This document shows, in pieces, positions 60,988-64,000 of a DNA stretch of 64,000 bases. The stretch covers positions 1-64,000 of the forward strand of contig JAPEUI010000025.1 in the NCBI GenBank assembly GCA_026025075.1. Reading direction: 5' to 3'. Origin of the DNA: Vezdaea acicularis. Lineage: Eukaryota. Under the pieces are notes generated by a model. The model saw only the letters and a program-made list of their open reading frames with translations. It had not been told where the DNA came from and did not search any database. Numbering within the stretch: the stretch's first letter is position 1; every line of letters begins with the position of its first letter. The position numbers were made by a program, and so were the translations under genes.

Positions 60988-63900
60988 TCAAGCAACATTC
61001 AAGGCGGATAAAGTTCGTTCAGCGATGCGTACCACGCTGTTCGGTATGCCTGCGAGTCTCAAGACTTTCAGGGCATGGGATCGTCTGTTCACCCCCTTTC
61101 GCAGATGGTATAGGTAAGTGAACGAGCCTGCAGTTTCTTCTTGAACGTCCGTGCAATAGCATGCGGTATTCCCAAATCCTCCAGTCAAATCTGCCAAGGC
61201 ATGAAAATGGGTCGCAAACAGAACACGACATTTGTTCGTGTAGTAAAGGTGATGTAAGCATGCGTATGCAACAGCTATGCCATCTTCTGGTGTCGTGCCG
61301 CGGCCGACTTCATCCATAATAACCTTGAATGAGTCCATCAGCAGGCAGCACCTCCAAAATACCACCTAATACTCACAAACGAACGATGTGTGGCTTGCTT
61401 TAAGATAGCAGCAGTCTCCAGCATTTCGACCATAAATGTTGACTGGTCGCCAGATACGTTGTCGGCGGAGCCAATCTATGATAGCTCATTAATGCATGCA
61501 AAGCAGACAAGTGAGAGCAGACTGACTCTAGTGAAAATTCTATCGACAATGCCTATCTCTGCGTAATCAGCTGGCACAAATGACCCAATTTGGGCTAGAA
61601 TAGAGATCAGCGTGTTCTGTCGAAGGAAGGTGCTCTTTCCGGCCATATTTGGGCTACGCCATACGTCAGGTTGACATGAGTGAGATCGGACGGCCTCTCT
61701 CACCCTGTAATGAGCCAAAGTCGTCCTTCCCCACCAACGAAGCAATCATTAGGGGTGAAGCTTCTGCCTCGATCTTGGAGTCCATCTTCTACGGTAAGAT
61801 GCCTCCCACCAAATATTTTGTGCGTAAGACTTTCTGAACTTAGCTTGTCTCTTTCCGGAAGTCATGGAAGTCATGGAAGTCTCAGACCTTGTATTCACAG
61901 TCGGCCTCACTAATTGCCGCTCTTGGGCAAGAGTAGCTGAAGAACAAGCGATATCAAGTTCATCAAGAACTGCTGCATTCTGGCGCAATTTGGCAAGGCG
62001 TGTAACGACCTGCATATAGTCAATTCTCTAGGCCAACATACTCGCTTGGTGTTCATGCCTTCTCTCGTAAATCTTTGAAGAGTCTCTGTTCCTCGGCTCG
62101 GATTCGAAGCCTTGCTTGGTCTATTTCGTTACCTAGGCGGGTCCACTCTGGGAGATGAAACGAAAGTGTTGATTTGGTCGAGCTAACTGTCCTAGCCTCT
62201 GGAAGAGAACCAAGTGCCGCCTTGGTGTCCTTGCCCTTCACGTGACATATGTGGCCTAGTCCTGGTGTCCACCTCAAGGTGAGTGTAGAAGCACCTTACA
62301 CAGGGTTAGTCAGTCCCTCCCTTACCAGGAAACATAAGCTTAGCAGATTTACCTAGTTTTTCACGTATATTCTTGGCAAGTTCGGGCTTTTCGGATCTTA
62401 ATTGGTCTAGATCTTTATGAAGCTTGCGTAAAACGTTGCTTGCCCTTTACAAGTCAGAGTACAAAGTCAAATATCAAGATAGGAACTCTCACGCCTTTTT
62501 CATAACCCAAACATCTGTTGAGTCAAGATTGGAATTTTCGTTACTATCAAACTCCCCCAAACCCTTGACTCTTCCGCATCGGGATGTGAAAGACTCTGTT
62601 TTCTGTTTCTCTGCTGTATTCGCTGTAGCTGTTCGTTGTGCGAGAGCTGCAATAGTCGAAGCATTGTAGTCCTCGATTTGATGGCGCTGGGCAAGAGCCT
62701 CCTCATCTACAGAACTGATAATGTTGGCCGCAAGTGCACTCGTACCTTGCATTTCTAGACGGCTAGTAAGGTCACGAACACAGTTTGGCTGTATGTCTAG
62801 CGTATCTGAATCATGCACGATAGCTGAATGACCTTTGAAACTTAACAGTGCTGAATTGATCAACTCGGTGGCTTCTATCGTCTTCGCTAGCGAGATGAGA
62901 TCGTCCGCATCACCACGTCCAAGAGAGAACTTTTGAACTAGTCTCTGAGAGTCATAGGATCGGCAAAGATAATTGACGATTTCCTCCCTAAGCGACTCGT
63001 TGGTTAAAAGTAGCTCTACAAGATCTAGGCGACCATTGATTACAGAGAGCGAGGTTGATGGAGATGCTGAAGGTATCAAATTAGCTCAAATCGCCAGACC
63101 GAGACAGACGGGTCGGGTCAAAAGAAACGTCCCCAACAATACTCACAAAGCCAGTTGCTTAACAGCCTTGCCCCGCCTTTAGTGCTCGTCCGTCGAATAG
63201 AGTGAAGAAGGCTACCCCTTGAAAGGCCGTCTTTCATCGTAGTTTTTATCTCGAGAGACCTCATGCTGTTTTTATCAATGAACATATGTTCTGCTACCTG
63301 CTTTCTCACAGGAGGCTGCAGTTTGAGTGTCTGGCCTTGTAATCGAGACGTAACATAATCAAGTAAGTTTGTTCCGGCCCAAATTTCCTCTCTTGTAAAC
63401 TTAGTTTCGTCTGCAGCAGCTACTGGTCTCTCCAGCATTGGATTCCAAGCAGACAAAGAAGGCTCTAGGGCCGAAAAAGAGTGGTATGTAATCAATAGAT
63501 GTTCTTCTCGTAGCGAAGCTAGAACTCCGTGATCATGGGAATGCTTCAATGCTTCATCAACGATAACTTCGCGAGGTCCTATACTCGAGATAGCGGAGAG
63601 CAGCGAAGAAAGCAAAAGCTGCTGCGTAAAGAATTGTCCTGTTGATAAGTCCAACCAAGCAAGTCCAACTGGACTATCGAGACCCGGAGTTTTGCCCGCT
63701 ACCAAGCCAGGATTGCGATCCTCAAGACTACCGCCTAACACGCCAACCGGTTCTGACTCTGGCAAGAGAACGGAAAGAAGGAAATTATTATCTTGAGGTT
63801 CCATGAACTGTTCGTCTATTAATGTTCCAGGGCTGACAATCCTCGTGACTCGCCGGTCAAAGAGGAGGCCACCTGATTTGACTTTCTCCGAGGTGTCATT

Positions 63901-64000
63901 TGCAAACTCCTCGCTCAACGCCACGTACTTATTAAGATCATGGACCAATGTCTTCAGGTATCGATCTAGCTGGTAAAACGGAAATCCTGCCTGAAGTGAC
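60988..64000 (-). CDS. msh1: Mitochondrial MutS homolog MSH1, 5' end outside the window
   Basis: [85 protein letters not shown]. The ORF breaks examined are bridged by introns. Confidence 0.94.

Noticed and set aside
60988..63948. MSH1 looks fragmented in the ORF track, as if a pseudogene
   Set aside because: The breaks examined are bridged by plausible GT-AG introns that restore conserved motifs in frame. Only minor substitutions (e.g. GRHL for GRHP) remain.
1..64000. CRISPR arrays, rRNA, tRNA, telomerase RNA template, prokaryotic operons
   Set aside because: None seen; the DNA is intron-containing fungal sequence.

Overview
Eukaryotic DNA from a filamentous ascomycete (Pezizomycotina-type genes with short GT-AG introns and CTRAC branch points). 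The left end (1-5635) is an apparently intact Ty3/Gypsy LTR retrotransposon on the minus strand: 5' LTR, tRNA-iMet-type PBS, gag, and pol joined by a -1 frameshift signal. It also carries an extra antisense ORF running off the window edge. The rest is host DNA: sulfate permease, an orphan Cys-rich secreted protein, Bub2, Rax2, Ogg1, U2AF65, Mex67, Erv46, an APH-family kinase, a San1-like RING protein, dUTPase, pyridoxal kinase, PCNA, SF3B1, a 2OG-Fe(II) oxygenase, an SDR, FlbC, an orphan of about 850 aa and the 3' part of MSH1. The most unusual locus is mex67. The protein lacks the NTF2-like (Mtr2-binding) domain, intron 1 folds into a ~108-nt extended hairpin and carries an in-frame stop, and a diverged duplicate of the last codons sits just downstream. 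Also notable are the retroelement's slippery heptamer plus pseudoknot, its convergent third ORF, and its CpGs surviving almost only in CCG/CGG context. All gene names come from recognising motifs by eye; no database search was run.
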